From assembly GCA_964508365.1 (NCBI GenBank), contig CAZDTP010000004.1:1681-65680 (forward strand): a stretch of DNA of 64,000 nt, written 5' to 3'. Under the pieces are notes generated by a model. That model was not told the DNA's origin and searched no databases. It was given only the letters and a program-made list of their open reading frames with translations. The position numbers and the translations under genes are program-made. The first letter of the stretch is position 1, and the number at the start of each line of letters is the position of its first letter. Below, piece by piece: positions 19,215-29,381 of this stretch. Origin of the DNA: an uncultured archaeon (lineage in GTDB: Archaea; Asgardarchaeota; Lokiarchaeia; Sigyniarchaeales; SOKP01).

Positions 19215-19493
19215 ACTAATTAATTTCACGAATATATATTTAAAATTATGCTTTATCGCTTCGAAGAGGTAGAAATTTATACGCCCTGCGTTTTTCAACC
19301 CAATGAGAGCGTCTGTTGTCACAAAGGTGTTTAATTTTCTCTTTCTTTATATTTTATTGAAGGATGAATATCTTTGTTCAATGAGCTTTCAAAACCGTAT
19401 ACTAAATTTTTTAAAACACAATTCCTTCTAAGAAGTAAGTTTATATCATAATTTTTATAATAAAACTAATAAAGAATTGAATTTATCTTAATC

Positions 19494-19537
19494 AATTACT
19501 AGAACAAACAATAATTACTAGAACAAATATTAATTAC
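19494..19537 (+). promoter_or_regulatory. Direct repeats with 19-bp period upstream of the fwd operon (candidate operator)
   Basis: AATTACTAGAACAAA at 19494 and 19513; third partial copy AATTAC at 19532. Confidence 0.45.
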
Positions 19538-19598
19538 CTAACCGAAAGAATAACCAAAATTATTAGGAGTTGCTCTTACAAATAGGGGAAAGATTACC

Positions 19599-19856
19599 AT
19601 GCAAATCTATGAATTAAAAATAAATAAAAATACATGCACCGGTTGTAATGCTTGCGTCGTTTCATGTCCAATCAACTTCAACGAGTTGAGGAAACAAAGC
19701 TTTTTGAACGAAAAAAATGCAGTAATATTGGTCAAAAATGGAATAGCTGTGCCAATTTATAGCGACGAGAGAGAAGTAAATTGTGACGGTTGCGGTGTAT
19801 GTGTAAAAATGTGCCCTCAAGTAGCTATTAGAATTGAAAATGTGGAGCGTGTTTAA
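19599..19856 (+). CDS. fwdG: 2x[4Fe-4S] ferredoxin, FwdG-like
   Basis: CTGCNACVVSCP and CDGCGVCVKMCP; first gene of the fwd cluster. Confidence 0.75.
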   Translation: MQIYELKINKNTCTGCNACVVSCPINFNELRKQSFLNEKNAVILVKNGIAVPIYSDEREVNCDGCGVCVKMCPQVAIRIENVERV

Positions 19857-19858
19857 AA

Positions 19859-20569
19859 ATGTCATTTCCTAAAATATCCAGAACAATTACAAAAGAAATG
19901 GAAAATATTAAAGTTCAGTTTCTTACTGAAAATTTAGAACTTATTTTAAATCGAGAGAAATGCGTTGGATGCGGAACTTGCGCTCGGGTGTGCCCCAAGG
20001 ATGCAATCTCTCGTGGACCAGTAGGAGCCTCACGAAGATTTCCCACAAGGGAAGATATTATACCAGAGCTCTATGATCCAAAGCTTTGTGTCTTCTGTGG
20101 AACTTGTGTTTATTGCTGTCCTTTTGGAGCATTAACCATGAAAAAAGATGGCGAAATTATCAATTTAACCGATATCCCACTCGTAGCCCAAAAGGTAATG
20201 CCCACTCTAGAGTTTGAAACTAAAAAATTATTGAATGATAGAATCGCAAAACAATGGGTTAAAGCAAAGGTGAAAATTATTGATGAAGAATGCGCAAAAG
20301 GATGCGGTTCCTGTGCTGAAGTTTGTCCATCAGGTTCGATTGAAATTGCTAAAAGAGCCGAACATGGTTGGGAAATGTCGAAAAATGTAGAGGTTGTCGA
20401 TGAGGATGCGTGTGTAGCGTGTGGAGCATGTGATAACGCATGCCCAACAGGAGCACTAATTCTCGAGATAACCGATGTTCATACTTCGGGAGAATTTGAA
20501 GAACGCTATTGGCTACCCTTATTAGAAAGATTGAAAACCTTAAGATGGAGTAAAAAAGAGGAGGCATGA
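19859..20569 (+). CDS. fwdF: Polyferredoxin, FwdF-like (four CxxCxxCxxxCP-type motifs)
   Basis: Four ferredoxin motifs; fwd context. Confidence 0.75.
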   Translation: MSFPKISRTITKEMENIKVQFLTENLELILNREKCVGCGTCARVCPKDAISRGPVGASRRFPTREDIIPELYDPKLCVFCGTCVYCCPFGALTMKKDGEIINLTDIPLVAQKVMPTLEFETKKLLNDRIAKQWVKAKVKIIDEECAKGCGSCAEVCPSGSIEIAKRAEHGWEMSKNVEVVDEDACVACGACDNACPTGALILEITDVHTSGEFEERYWLPLLERLKTLRWSKKEEA

Positions 20570-20967
20570 AAATGAGTTTAAATAACTTAATTCTTTTAAC
20601 TGGGCGAACTATTAGTCAAGGAGTAGCTCTTGAAGGAGGAAAAGCATCAAGAGAGAATGTTCGAGCTGCAGGTATCTGCACATTTGATGCTGATGATTTT
20701 AAAAAGCTTGATTGTCTCGTTGGAACTCCAGTTAAAGTCATAACAGATTACGGTGAGGTAGTGGTTTATTCAACAATTACTGAAGAAGGACCTCATCCAG
20801 GTATAATATTTATACCGATGGGACCCTGGGCAAATCAACTCGTAAATCCTAGTTCTCAAGCATGTGGCACTCCACAATATAAGGGAATGAAATCTAAAGT
20901 TGAAGTTGTAAAAAACGGAAAAGTTCTAGGTGCTATAGAATTAATAGGAAGATTAAAGGAAGCTTAA
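20566..20967 (+). CDS. fwdD: Formylmethanofuran dehydrogenase subunit D
   Basis: LLTGRTISQG, GIIFIPMGPWAN, GTPQYKG. Confidence 0.92.
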   Translation: MKMSLNNLILLTGRTISQGVALEGGKASRENVRAAGICTFDADDFKKLDCLVGTPVKVITDYGEVVVYSTITEEGPHPGIIFIPMGPWANQLVNPSSQACGTPQYKGMKSKVEVVKNGKVLGAIELIGRLKEA

Positions 20968-20980
20968 AGAAGTGAATAAT

Positions 20981-22306
20981 ATGGTAGAAAAAGTAAGAAC
21001 AGTAAAAGATGTATGCTGTCCGTTTTGTGGAACTTTATGTGATGACCTCGAAATCGATGTAGATCTAAAAACAGATGTTGTTGTAGAAGTAAGAAACGGT
21101 TGCCAGATTGGCACCAAGAAATATTTTTCATCGAATCCGAGCGATCATCGTTATACTAAACCATTAATCAAAGAAAATGGGGAACACAAAGAAGTTTCTT
21201 GGGAGGAAGCATTAGATAAAGCTGCAGATATACTGGTAAACGCACAACGACCTTTACTTTACGGTTTTTCTAGCACTGAATGTGAAGCTCAGAGCAAAGG
21301 CGTTGTTTTAGCCGAGATGCTAAACGCTATTTTAGACAATACCGCTTCTGTTTGTCACGGTCCAAGTTTATTAGCGATTCAAGATGTTGGCGCTTCACTT
21401 GCAACTTTAGGAGAAATCAAAAACCGAGCAGATACTATTATTTTTTGGGGATCTAACCCAGTTCATGCTCATCCAAGGCATTTAAGTCGCTACAGTGATT
21501 TTATTAGAGGATATTTTAGAACTGACGGTAGAAATGATAGATATATTATAGTTGTTGACCCAAGAAATACTCATACAGCTCAAGTTGCGGATAAATTCAT
21601 TCAAATTAATCCTAGCGAAGATTACGAATTGATCCAAGCAATCAGGGCAGTTTTAAGAGGAAGCGAATTAGATGTAAAAGAAGTATCTGGTGTCTCTATA
21701 GATGATATTAAAGAATTGGTCGAAAAGTTAAAATCAAGTAATTTTGGTGTAATTTTCTTTGGTATGGGCTTAACTCAGACCTCAGCACATCACCGCAATA
21801 TAGACACAGCAATACGCTTAGTCACAGAATTAAATGACTATACGAAATTTATTCTAATTCCTATGCGTGGGCATTATAATGTTACCGGAGCTAATCAAGT
21901 TTTTGCTTGGAATACAGGTTATGCATATTCAATTGATTTTTCTCGAGGATATCCTCGTTATAATCCAGGAGAATTTTCTTCCGTAGATCTTCTAATGCGG
22001 GACGAAGTTGATGCTGCTTTAATCGTAGCTTCAGACCCAGGGAGTAATTTTCCGGCAGCAGCGGTTAAAAATCTATTTAAACATCCTCTAATTGCAATCG
22101 AACCACATAAAACACCAACTTCTGCATTTGCTGATGTCGTATTACCCGCAGCTATCGCTGGAATTGAATGCGAAGGAACCGCTTATCGTATGGATACAGT
22201 ACCATTAAGGTTAAGGAAAGTGAAAGATGCACCAGGAGAATGTTTGTCTGATAAAGAGATTTTGGAGAGATTAATCGAAAAAGTTAAAGAGAAGTTGGGT
22301 GAGTAA
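20981..22306 (+). CDS. fwdB: Formylmethanofuran dehydrogenase subunit B (Cys form)
   Basis: CPFCGTLCDDL, TASVCHGPS (Cys ligand, not Sec), HPRHLSRYS, PMRGHYNV, GTAYRMD. Confidence 0.95.
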   Translation: MVEKVRTVKDVCCPFCGTLCDDLEIDVDLKTDVVVEVRNGCQIGTKKYFSSNPSDHRYTKPLIKENGEHKEVSWEEALDKAADILVNAQRPLLYGFSSTECEAQSKGVVLAEMLNAILDNTASVCHGPSLLAIQDVGASLATLGEIKNRADTIIFWGSNPVHAHPRHLSRYSDFIRGYFRTDGRNDRYIIVVDPRNTHTAQVADKFIQINPSEDYELIQAIRAVLRGSELDVKEVSGVSIDDIKELVEKLKSSNFGVIFFGMGLTQTSAHHRNIDTAIRLVTELNDYTKFILIPMRGHYNVTGANQVFAWNTGYAYSIDFSRGYPRYNPGEFSSVDLLMRDEVDAALIVASDPGSNFPAAAVKNLFKHPLIAIEPHKTPTSAFADVVLPAAIAGIECEGTAYRMDTVPLRLRKVKDAPGECLSDKEILERLIEKVKEKLGE

Positions 22307-22309
22307 AGC

Positions 22310-23119
22310 ATGGCGGAAATTAAATTAAAAATAAAAAAGAAACTAACTTTCCCATTAGAAGCAGATAGTATTACTCCTGATAATTTTGTGGGTAAAACAG
22401 CAGCTGATATTAAGAAATTACCTTTATTTTACGCAACAAAGCAAGTAACTATTGGTGATTTTTTTGATGTAACTGGTAAATCTACAGATGTAGCTAATAC
22501 TAAGATAATTATTGATGGCGATGTATCTAACGTAAAACGAATCGGGGAAAACATGACAGGTGGCGAAATAGTTATTAATAGTGATGTCGGAATGCATATT
22601 GGAAATCACATGTCAGGGGGGAAAATTACGGTTAATGGGAATGCTGACGATTGGGCAGGTGCTATGCTTCAAGGAGGGGAACTCGAAATTACTGGCGACG
22701 CGGGACATTATGTTGGATCAGCTTACAGAGGTTACTGGCAAGGTATGAAGAATGGCACGATAAAAGTCAAAGGAAAGGTAGGAGTAGAATCAATGTTATG
22801 GGCGAAGAGTTCTAAACCCTCAAACATGTGGCCAACCTTATATTGTGGAAGCGCCGATGCGTTCTTAGGTATTCATAATCATGGTGGAACGATAGTTGTT
22901 GAAGGAGATGTTGACCGATGTGCAGGCGCGGACCAAGCATGGGGAAGTATTGTGATTAAAGGAAAGGCCTCAAGACTCTTACCTTCTTATAAGAAAGTTG
23001 GTGAAGTTAATGAAGTTCAACTCCCTAATGGTGAAGTGATTAAGGGAAAATTTATTGAATATAGCGGGGATCACACAATTACGAAAGAAACTAAAGGTAG
23101 ATTATATCTAGCTGCTTAA
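22310..23119 (+). CDS. fwdC: Formylmethanofuran dehydrogenase subunit C
   Basis: Gly-rich GXGXG beta-solenoid repeats (GENMTGGEI, GNHMSGGKI, GAMLQGGEL, GSAYRG). Confidence 0.92.
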   Translation: MAEIKLKIKKKLTFPLEADSITPDNFVGKTAADIKKLPLFYATKQVTIGDFFDVTGKSTDVANTKIIIDGDVSNVKRIGENMTGGEIVINSDVGMHIGNHMSGGKITVNGNADDWAGAMLQGGELEITGDAGHYVGSAYRGYWQGMKNGTIKVKGKVGVESMLWAKSSKPSNMWPTLYCGSADAFLGIHNHGGTIVVEGDVDRCAGADQAWGSIVIKGKASRLLPSYKKVGEVNEVQLPNGEVIKGKFIEYSGDHTITKETKGRLYLAA

Positions 23120-23289
23120 TTCTTTTTTCAAAGTTATAATTTATCGAATAACTTTAGATAATAAAACTTCAATATTTTTTGTACTTGAACCTTGATTTAT
23201 ATTGAATAAAAGATGGTTTTATTGGTTATGAAATCAATATTTTATTAAGAAACCCTAATTTTCCTCCCCAGAAAGAATAGGATCGAAAC

Positions 23290-24096
23290 ATGTATCAGAG
23301 AAAAGTCAATATAACTAAAATCCACAAGGATGTCAAAAAAGAAGAAATAGATTTAGTTCTAATAGAGAGTCCAATTGATATCGTTGTAAATTCGGAACCT
23401 TTGGTAAATATTATTTGTTTGGATAAAGATTTAAAAGAGCTTACTATAGGGTTTTTGTTTTCTATTGGAATTATTAATAACATTGAAGATATATCTATAA
23501 TTAAGATTGATCAATTAGAAGGAAAAGTTTATGTTGAGCTTGAAAAATCCATAGATAACTCTAAAATTTTGGAAATGAATCCAGTTAGCAGGATCATTGA
23601 TACTACCTGTGGAATCCCTTCTCCTTGGCGTAATTTGATTAAAGATAAATTAGAGGAAGTAAAAAATTCCGTTCATTCGAAAGAAAGCATTACTCTGGAC
23701 GCTGATATTATATTTTCTGCGATGACTAAAATGCAAAAAGAAACTCCACTGTTTAAAGAAACGGGTGGGTGTCATGGGGCTGCTATATTCGATCTAGAAG
23801 GAAACCTTGTCACCGCTAGCGAAGATATTGGAAGACATAACGCTATAGATAAAGTGATTGGTGCCTTACTTTTAAAGAAGGAACCATTCAATAATAAAAT
23901 CTTAACCTCGACTGGTCGCTTGACAGGTGATTCAGTTTTGAAAGCGGTGAGGGCGCAGATCCCTATTGTAGCATCACTTTCAGCCGCTATTGAATCAGGT
24001 ATAAGATTAGCATTTTCTTATGGGATTACATTAATCGGTTTTGCTCGAGGCAAGAGAATGAACATCTATACAAACCCAAACAGAATAAAGATTTAA
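23290..24096 (+). CDS. fdhD: Formate dehydrogenase accessory sulfurtransferase
   Basis: TTCG, TGGCHGAA, EDIGRHNAIDKVIG, TGRL, SAAIESG, GFARG. Confidence 0.93.
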   Translation: MYQRKVNITKIHKDVKKEEIDLVLIESPIDIVVNSEPLVNIICLDKDLKELTIGFLFSIGIINNIEDISIIKIDQLEGKVYVELEKSIDNSKILEMNPVSRIIDTTCGIPSPWRNLIKDKLEEVKNSVHSKESITLDADIIFSAMTKMQKETPLFKETGGCHGAAIFDLEGNLVTASEDIGRHNAIDKVIGALLLKKEPFNNKILTSTGRLTGDSVLKAVRAQIPIVASLSAAIESGIRLAFSYGITLIGFARGKRMNIYTNPNRIKI

Positions 24097-24327
24097 TTAG
24101 GTATGCTATAGTGGTTATTTATAGGAGAACTCTTAATGAATTGGAACGTGAAGTAATATTTATGTTCTTTAATATAGCTTTTCTCTCTTTTTACCTTCAA
24201 TAAAATAAATGATTTTCTTTATCATTAGTCAAAAGTCAACGGAAGTAAAAATGGATGTAAAAACTTTATAGCATATATTATAATATCTAGTTCATAGTAA
24301 ATTACTTATTTTAAAAAAGTGAGATAA

Positions 24328-24924
24328 ATGAAAAAATATTTTTGGATTTTCTTATGTATTTTAGGCGGTATCTTAATGATTATTGGATCTGCCACAGGAA
24401 GTGCTTTTTATCAATATCTTTATAATCTTGCTTTACCTTACATTGCTCCAGGACTTCTACCTCTTGTTCAAGCTCTATTAACGGTCTTAGAATATATTTC
24501 ATTTTACGGAGGTTATTCTGTTTTGGTAGGAACATTCTTGATACTCATTAAACACTCTAGGTTAGGGAAAATTATCATAATGATTGCTACGAGTTTCGGA
24601 ATGTTAGGATTAATAATATTCGCAATAACATGGATAGTGAGGTATTTAGGGCTACCTCTGGATACACAGGCAGATTTAATTTTGACTCAAATCCACAGCT
24701 TGTTTACGTATAATTCGGGAATGGCATTTATAGGGACTGCACTAGCGGTTCTTGGACGGTACGGAGTAAAGAGATCCGAGAAAGCGGAAAAAGAAAGTTC
24801 TAAAATTAAAGAATATAACGAAATTACTTCTTCCTCAAATAGTGATAGTAAATTTTGTCCCAATTGCGGGGCGAAACTTCCTCTTAAAGCAAACTTTTGT
24901 AATAAGTGTGGGAAAAATTTTTGA
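24328..24924 (+). CDS. Membrane protein with C-terminal double zinc ribbon
   Basis: About 4 hydrophobic segments, then FCPNCG...FCNKCG. Confidence 0.8.
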   Translation: MKKYFWIFLCILGGILMIIGSATGSAFYQYLYNLALPYIAPGLLPLVQALLTVLEYISFYGGYSVLVGTFLILIKHSRLGKIIIMIATSFGMLGLIIFAITWIVRYLGLPLDTQADLILTQIHSLFTYNSGMAFIGTALAVLGRYGVKRSEKAEKESSKIKEYNEITSSSNSDSKFCPNCGAKLPLKANFCNKCGKNF

Positions 24925-25111
24925 TTAAATAATCCTTTCTTTTCTTTTTTATTGAAGTAACGATAAATCAAACTAGTATTAGTAGTTAAATAAAGGGAAT
25001 TCCTTTAAGATATTTAATGTAACCAATTACTAAGCTTTATATCTCAATTTTTATATATTTATATTTAGGATTGTTTTAAACTATTTAATTTGGCTTTTTT
25101 CTTTTAAGAAA

Positions 25112-26695
25112 ATGGAAATTGAAATTTTTGGTGGAGTGAACGAAATTGGAGGAAATAAAATCTTCATAAACATAGGAGATAAGAAATTCCTGTTCGATTT
25201 TGGTTTATCTTTTGCCGAAAATCAAAGGTATTATTCTGAATTTCTAAATCCTCGCAGATTTAATGGTATCATAGACTATTTATATTTAGAGTTACTACCC
25301 CCACTAAATAAACTATATCGAAACGATTTAATTGCCCCCTTTTGTGAGGTTTTGAACACTGAACCTTATAAAATAATTACGACAGAAGAAAATTTAGTTG
25401 ACGCTTTTTTCCTCACGCACGCGCATTTAGACCACTATAAATTTGTGGGTTTTCTTAAGCAAAATACTCCGATTTATTTAAATTGGATGTCAAAAACTAT
25501 TTTAGAGCATCTTACTGATACCTCAACTGACAGCCTTTTACCCGAAGTATTACAATTTTATGAATCATTTAAACTGGTTCCTAAAAAAAAAAAGAGCGCT
25601 GATGGTGAAATTGAATATAAAAGGGCTAAGAAACCAGATTACAAACACTCAGAAACGAAGAGACCAATAAAAATAATTGAAGATGGCAAATCAATACATT
25701 TTAATTCTCCTAAAGGTGAGATTAAAATCACTCAATACCAAACAGATCACTCTATTCCCGGAGCAGGCTCATACATAGTTGAATACGACGAGAGAAGTAT
25801 AATTTATACGGGAGATTTTAGAAGGCATGGATTCCATTCTGAGTGGGTGAATAAGTTCATTTCACACGCTCAAAATTCCAATCCCATAGCAATAATTACA
25901 GAAGGTACAAGAGTTCCTGATGTTGAATCATATAGGAGAGGAACTTATCATGATGATGAACAATCTGAAAATACTGTAAAAAGTCGATCAAAAAGTATCA
26001 TACAAAACCATCCGGGACTAATCCTTGTGAGATTTCCATCCAGAAATCTAGATAGAATTCTATTATATTACTCACTCGCTAAGAAATTCGAGAGGAGGTT
26101 CGCAATTAGCCCTAAGATATTCCATTATATTGATAGTTTTAGAATGAACCTTGATGGTATGGAGGAAAATACTATAAAACAATATTATAAAGACTACGAT
26201 CTTCCGAATTATAGCGATAAAAACTTAGTAGTATATTTACCCAGAAAAGGTTGGGGCAATTTTGAATCCACTGATTATAAAGGATATCAGAATGACATTT
26301 TTAACATCGATAATTATGTAACTTATAAGGATGTCAAAAAAGAACCTGATAAATACTTACTTTATCTCGATGATTTTATGCTAAGTGAGTTGATTGATCT
26401 AAATCAAAAACCGGGAACGACACTCTTTTTAAACTCAACTACAGATCCTTTTAGTGAAGAGATGAATATTCAAGAAGACAGACTAAACGCTTGGCTTAAG
26501 AGGTTTAAAATTTCGAGAAGTGAGACAATTCATTCCTCTGGTCATTGCAATGTCGATGATTTAATAGATTTTCTTCTAAGGATTGATGCCGAAAATATAA
26601 TACCCGTACATACGGAACATCCCGAAATATTTCTAGAGTTTGGATTATCTGGAAAAGTGATTTTGCCTGAAAAAGGAAAAAAATATACATTTTAG
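25112..26695 (+). CDS. MBL-fold metallo-hydrolase, RNase J-like
   Basis: GGVNEIGGN, THAHLDH, DHS, YTGDFR, HSSGH, PVHTEH. Confidence 0.85.
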   Translation: MEIEIFGGVNEIGGNKIFINIGDKKFLFDFGLSFAENQRYYSEFLNPRRFNGIIDYLYLELLPPLNKLYRNDLIAPFCEVLNTEPYKIITTEENLVDAFFLTHAHLDHYKFVGFLKQNTPIYLNWMSKTILEHLTDTSTDSLLPEVLQFYESFKLVPKKKKSADGEIEYKRAKKPDYKHSETKRPIKIIEDGKSIHFNSPKGEIKITQYQTDHSIPGAGSYIVEYDERSIIYTGDFRRHGFHSEWVNKFISHAQNSNPIAIITEGTRVPDVESYRRGTYHDDEQSENTVKSRSKSIIQNHPGLILVRFPSRNLDRILLYYSLAKKFERRFAISPKIFHYIDSFRMNLDGMEENTIKQYYKDYDLPNYSDKNLVVYLPRKGWGNFESTDYKGYQNDIFNIDNYVTYKDVKKEPDKYLLYLDDFMLSELIDLNQKPGTTLFLNSTTDPFSEEMNIQEDRLNAWLKRFKISRSETIHSSGHCNVDDLIDFLLRIDAENIIPVHTEHPEIFLEFGLSGKVILPEKGKKYTF

Positions 26696-26937
26696 TAATA
26701 ATAGAAAAAAAACACTTTCTGATTTGCTTTTAATACATATGATAGTACTTGACTAAATATTAATTATATTGACACTTTCAAGCGTGCTGAATATAATTTA
26801 CAACTAAGTAAAGATGAATTAAAATTTAAATACAAAGAAAACATGACAAACTAAATATGTTTTGATTCAACAATATTTTTATTAAATTTAGCACTTGAAT
26901 AATTATAACTATTCCAAAATTAAAAAGAGGATTTATT

Positions 26938-27825
26938 ATGGCAAAAGTTGATGAATATAAAATGTTCGCTGGCTGCACAATTGGAAATCGGATTCCATTC
27001 ATTGAAGCTAGCTCGAGAAAAGTATTTGATAAACTGGGAATAAAAACTTCCGATGCTGCTTTTGCGTGTTGCCCTGATCCTGTAGGATTTAATGCTATAG
27101 ATCATACCAGTTGGCTAGCAATGGGAGCACGTAACCTTACGCTTGCCGAGGCCGAAGGAAAAGATATCATCTCCCTCTGTAATGGTTGCTTTCAAACTCT
27201 AAAGGTGGTAAATCATGAATTGAATGATAGTGATCACGAGAGAAAAAAGATAAATGATATTTTAAGTAAAGTAGGAAGAGAATTTAAGGGTACCATTAAT
27301 GTAAAGCATTTTGTTGAAGTTTTGCACGATTATGGTCTTGAAAAGATAAAAGAATTCGTCACCCATGACTTTACCGGATTAAAAATAGCGTGCCACACAG
27401 GGTGTCACTACAACAGACCCTCAGAAATTGTTCAAACTGATGACCCAATGGAGCCCAAGAAGTTACGAGAGTTAGTCGCTGCGACTGGAGCAACACCAGT
27501 TGAATACGACGAAGAGTTTCTCTGCTGTGGAAGTGGAGTTGGTAATACTGAAGAAGAACCATCAATGCAAATATTAGCAAATAAACTATCCAGTGCTATT
27601 AAAGCCGGAGCAGATGCTTTTGTTGTTATATGTCCCGCTTGTTTTCAACAATTAGACACAAATCAAAAGAAAGCAGGAACTCAATCTAATAACACATTTG
27701 ATATTCCAGTACTCTACTTAACCGAACTATACGCTTTAGCTTTCGGATTTAAGCCTGATGATCTTGGTTTGAAATTCCATCGAGCTCGAATATCCGGTTT
27801 TCTTGAAAAGTTTGGGCTTAAATAA
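26938..27825 (+). CDS. hdrB: Heterodisulfide reductase subunit B
   Basis: GC, CCPDP, ARNL, CNGCF, HTGCH, CCG, CPACFQQLD two-CCG pattern. Confidence 0.9.
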   Translation: MAKVDEYKMFAGCTIGNRIPFIEASSRKVFDKLGIKTSDAAFACCPDPVGFNAIDHTSWLAMGARNLTLAEAEGKDIISLCNGCFQTLKVVNHELNDSDHERKKINDILSKVGREFKGTINVKHFVEVLHDYGLEKIKEFVTHDFTGLKIACHTGCHYNRPSEIVQTDDPMEPKKLRELVAATGATPVEYDEEFLCCGSGVGNTEEEPSMQILANKLSSAIKAGADAFVVICPACFQQLDTNQKKAGTQSNNTFDIPVLYLTELYALAFGFKPDDLGLKFHRARISGFLEKFGLK

Positions 27826-27835
27826 GCAGTTTTAA

Positions 27836-27866
27836 GCCTTTTTTTTTAGATTTTGTTTTTTTATTT
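27836..27866 (+). terminator. Oligo-T tracts after hdrB (archaeal-type terminator)
   Basis: T11 run followed by further T runs just 3' of the stop codon. Confidence 0.5.
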
Positions 27867-27879
27867 ACAAAATTAAGTT

Positions 27880-29187
27880 CTATTTCCCGAATAAATTAAA
27901 TCCTTCGACTTTTTCAATTTTAACTTGAATAAATTTTGCTATTTCACCATCAATATCATCTATAAATACATTCTTATACGCAAAATTTCTGCCAAATACT
28001 TGGTTAGGTTTGAATCCTTCATGTAAAATTAATACATCCCCAATCCATCCTATCCACTCTTGGTTAATTTTATCCAATGAAGCCCGAAAAATTTTAGATA
28101 ACCGAATTGATCTCTCTTTTATTACTCTACTATCAACTTGGTTCATATTTTTAGCCATAGTTCCTGGTCGAGGTGTATATTTTGAAATATTGAGAATTTC
28201 AGGTTTAAGCCATTCAATTAACTTTATTGTTTCATCGAATTCTTCTTCAGATTCTCCTGGAAAACCACATATGATATCCGTTGATATAGTAAGATTGGGA
28301 ACTTTCTCTCTTAAAATCTTTAAGTTTTCTAAGACCTTCGTAATTTTATACGTACGTTTCATTTTTTTGAGAACAGCATCACTTCCAGACTGAATAGGGA
28401 CATGTAGGAATTGATATACTTTTTCATGTTTGAAAATTGAGATTAACTGGTCGAAATTTTTGACTAAGAAACTCGGATTTATCATTCCAATTCTTAAAAA
28501 GAATTTATAGTCAAGATTTACAATGTTTCGAACTAAGTCCCCTAAATTAGTATTGTCATATTGATATACACTACAATCTTGAGAAGTTAAATAAATTTGT
28601 TTAATACCTTGCTTTAGTTGATGTTTTACATTATCTAAGATATTATCTGGATTATAGCAGAATAATTTTCCTCTTGCGTTTTTAACACAGCAGTATGTAC
28701 AAGAACCTAAACAACCTTCAGATATTGGAACTATTCCCGTTATTTTTCCTTTAGGGTAATCAATTAAGAATTCAGATTTATCGATTGAATCTTTTGATTT
28801 ATAAATGAGATTGGTTTTCCCAGATTTAATTTCTTCAAAAATTAATGGAAGATCGTTTAAATTATCAAGACCGATAATTGCTGAGAAATTAGGTATTAAA
28901 TTTTTAACGACATCTAAATATTTGGGTTCAATATGAGGTAAACACCCCGCTACAATAAAGTGCTTATTTGTATCGTTCTTAAAACTATTATATAGTTCAC
29001 TCAAACGAGATTTGATTTTATTTTCAGTTTGCTGTTTCACAGCGCATGTATTAATTATTACAAACTCTGCTTCTTCAATCGTAGACGAGTTGTATCCAGA
29101 TTTATATAAGACGCTTGAGATAATGTATGAGTCTGACTTATTAGAAGTGCAACCGTATGTTTCGATATAAAAAGAATTCTTTTCCAT
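27880..29187 (-). CDS. mtaB: tRNA methylthiotransferase, MiaB-like archaeal/CDKAL1 type (radical SAM + TRAM)
   Basis: ETYGC, INTCAV, VAGC, CLGSCTYC, HVPIQSGS, TDIICGFPGES, YTPRPGT. Confidence 0.88.
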   Translation of the reverse strand: MEKNSFYIETYGCTSNKSDSYIISSVLYKSGYNSSTIEEAEFVIINTCAVKQQTENKIKSRLSELYNSFKNDTNKHFIVAGCLPHIEPKYLDVVKNLIPNFSAIIGLDNLNDLPLIFEEIKSGKTNLIYKSKDSIDKSEFLIDYPKGKITGIVPISEGCLGSCTYCCVKNARGKLFCYNPDNILDNVKHQLKQGIKQIYLTSQDCSVYQYDNTNLGDLVRNIVNLDYKFFLRIGMINPSFLVKNFDQLISIFKHEKVYQFLHVPIQSGSDAVLKKMKRTYKITKVLENLKILREKVPNLTISTDIICGFPGESEEEFDETIKLIEWLKPEILNISKYTPRPGTMAKNMNQVDSRVIKERSIRLSKIFRASLDKINQEWIGWIGDVLILHEGFKPNQVFGRNFAYKNVFIDDIDGEIAKFIQVKIEKVEGFNLFGK

Positions 29188-29381
29188 ACTTTAGCGAAAT
29201 TTTAGTGGGTTTTTAAATACAAAAATGAAAAGTATATAAAAAATTTATGAGATCTGAGGAATTATGCATGTACATATATTTCGTAAAATAGAATTTTATC
29301 GAAAATCGTGATATAAAGGAAATTCTTTTAATTAAAACATTCTATTATTAGAATTAAGAGATTTTAATTAACAAGTGGATT

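Noticed and set aside
19248-19334. 28-aa Cys-containing ORF MLYRFEEVEIYTPCVFQPNESVCCHKGV on +
   Set aside because: No SD; the nearby TATA-like element fits the opposite-strand gene at 19214; likely chance
20981-22306. Selenocysteine form of FwdB
   Set aside because: The ligand codon is TGT (Cys) and the ORF is uninterrupted
25583-25593. A11 homopolymers (also 38365-38375) as phase-variation sites
   Set aside because: Both are in-frame Lys runs in an AT-rich genome where such runs are common
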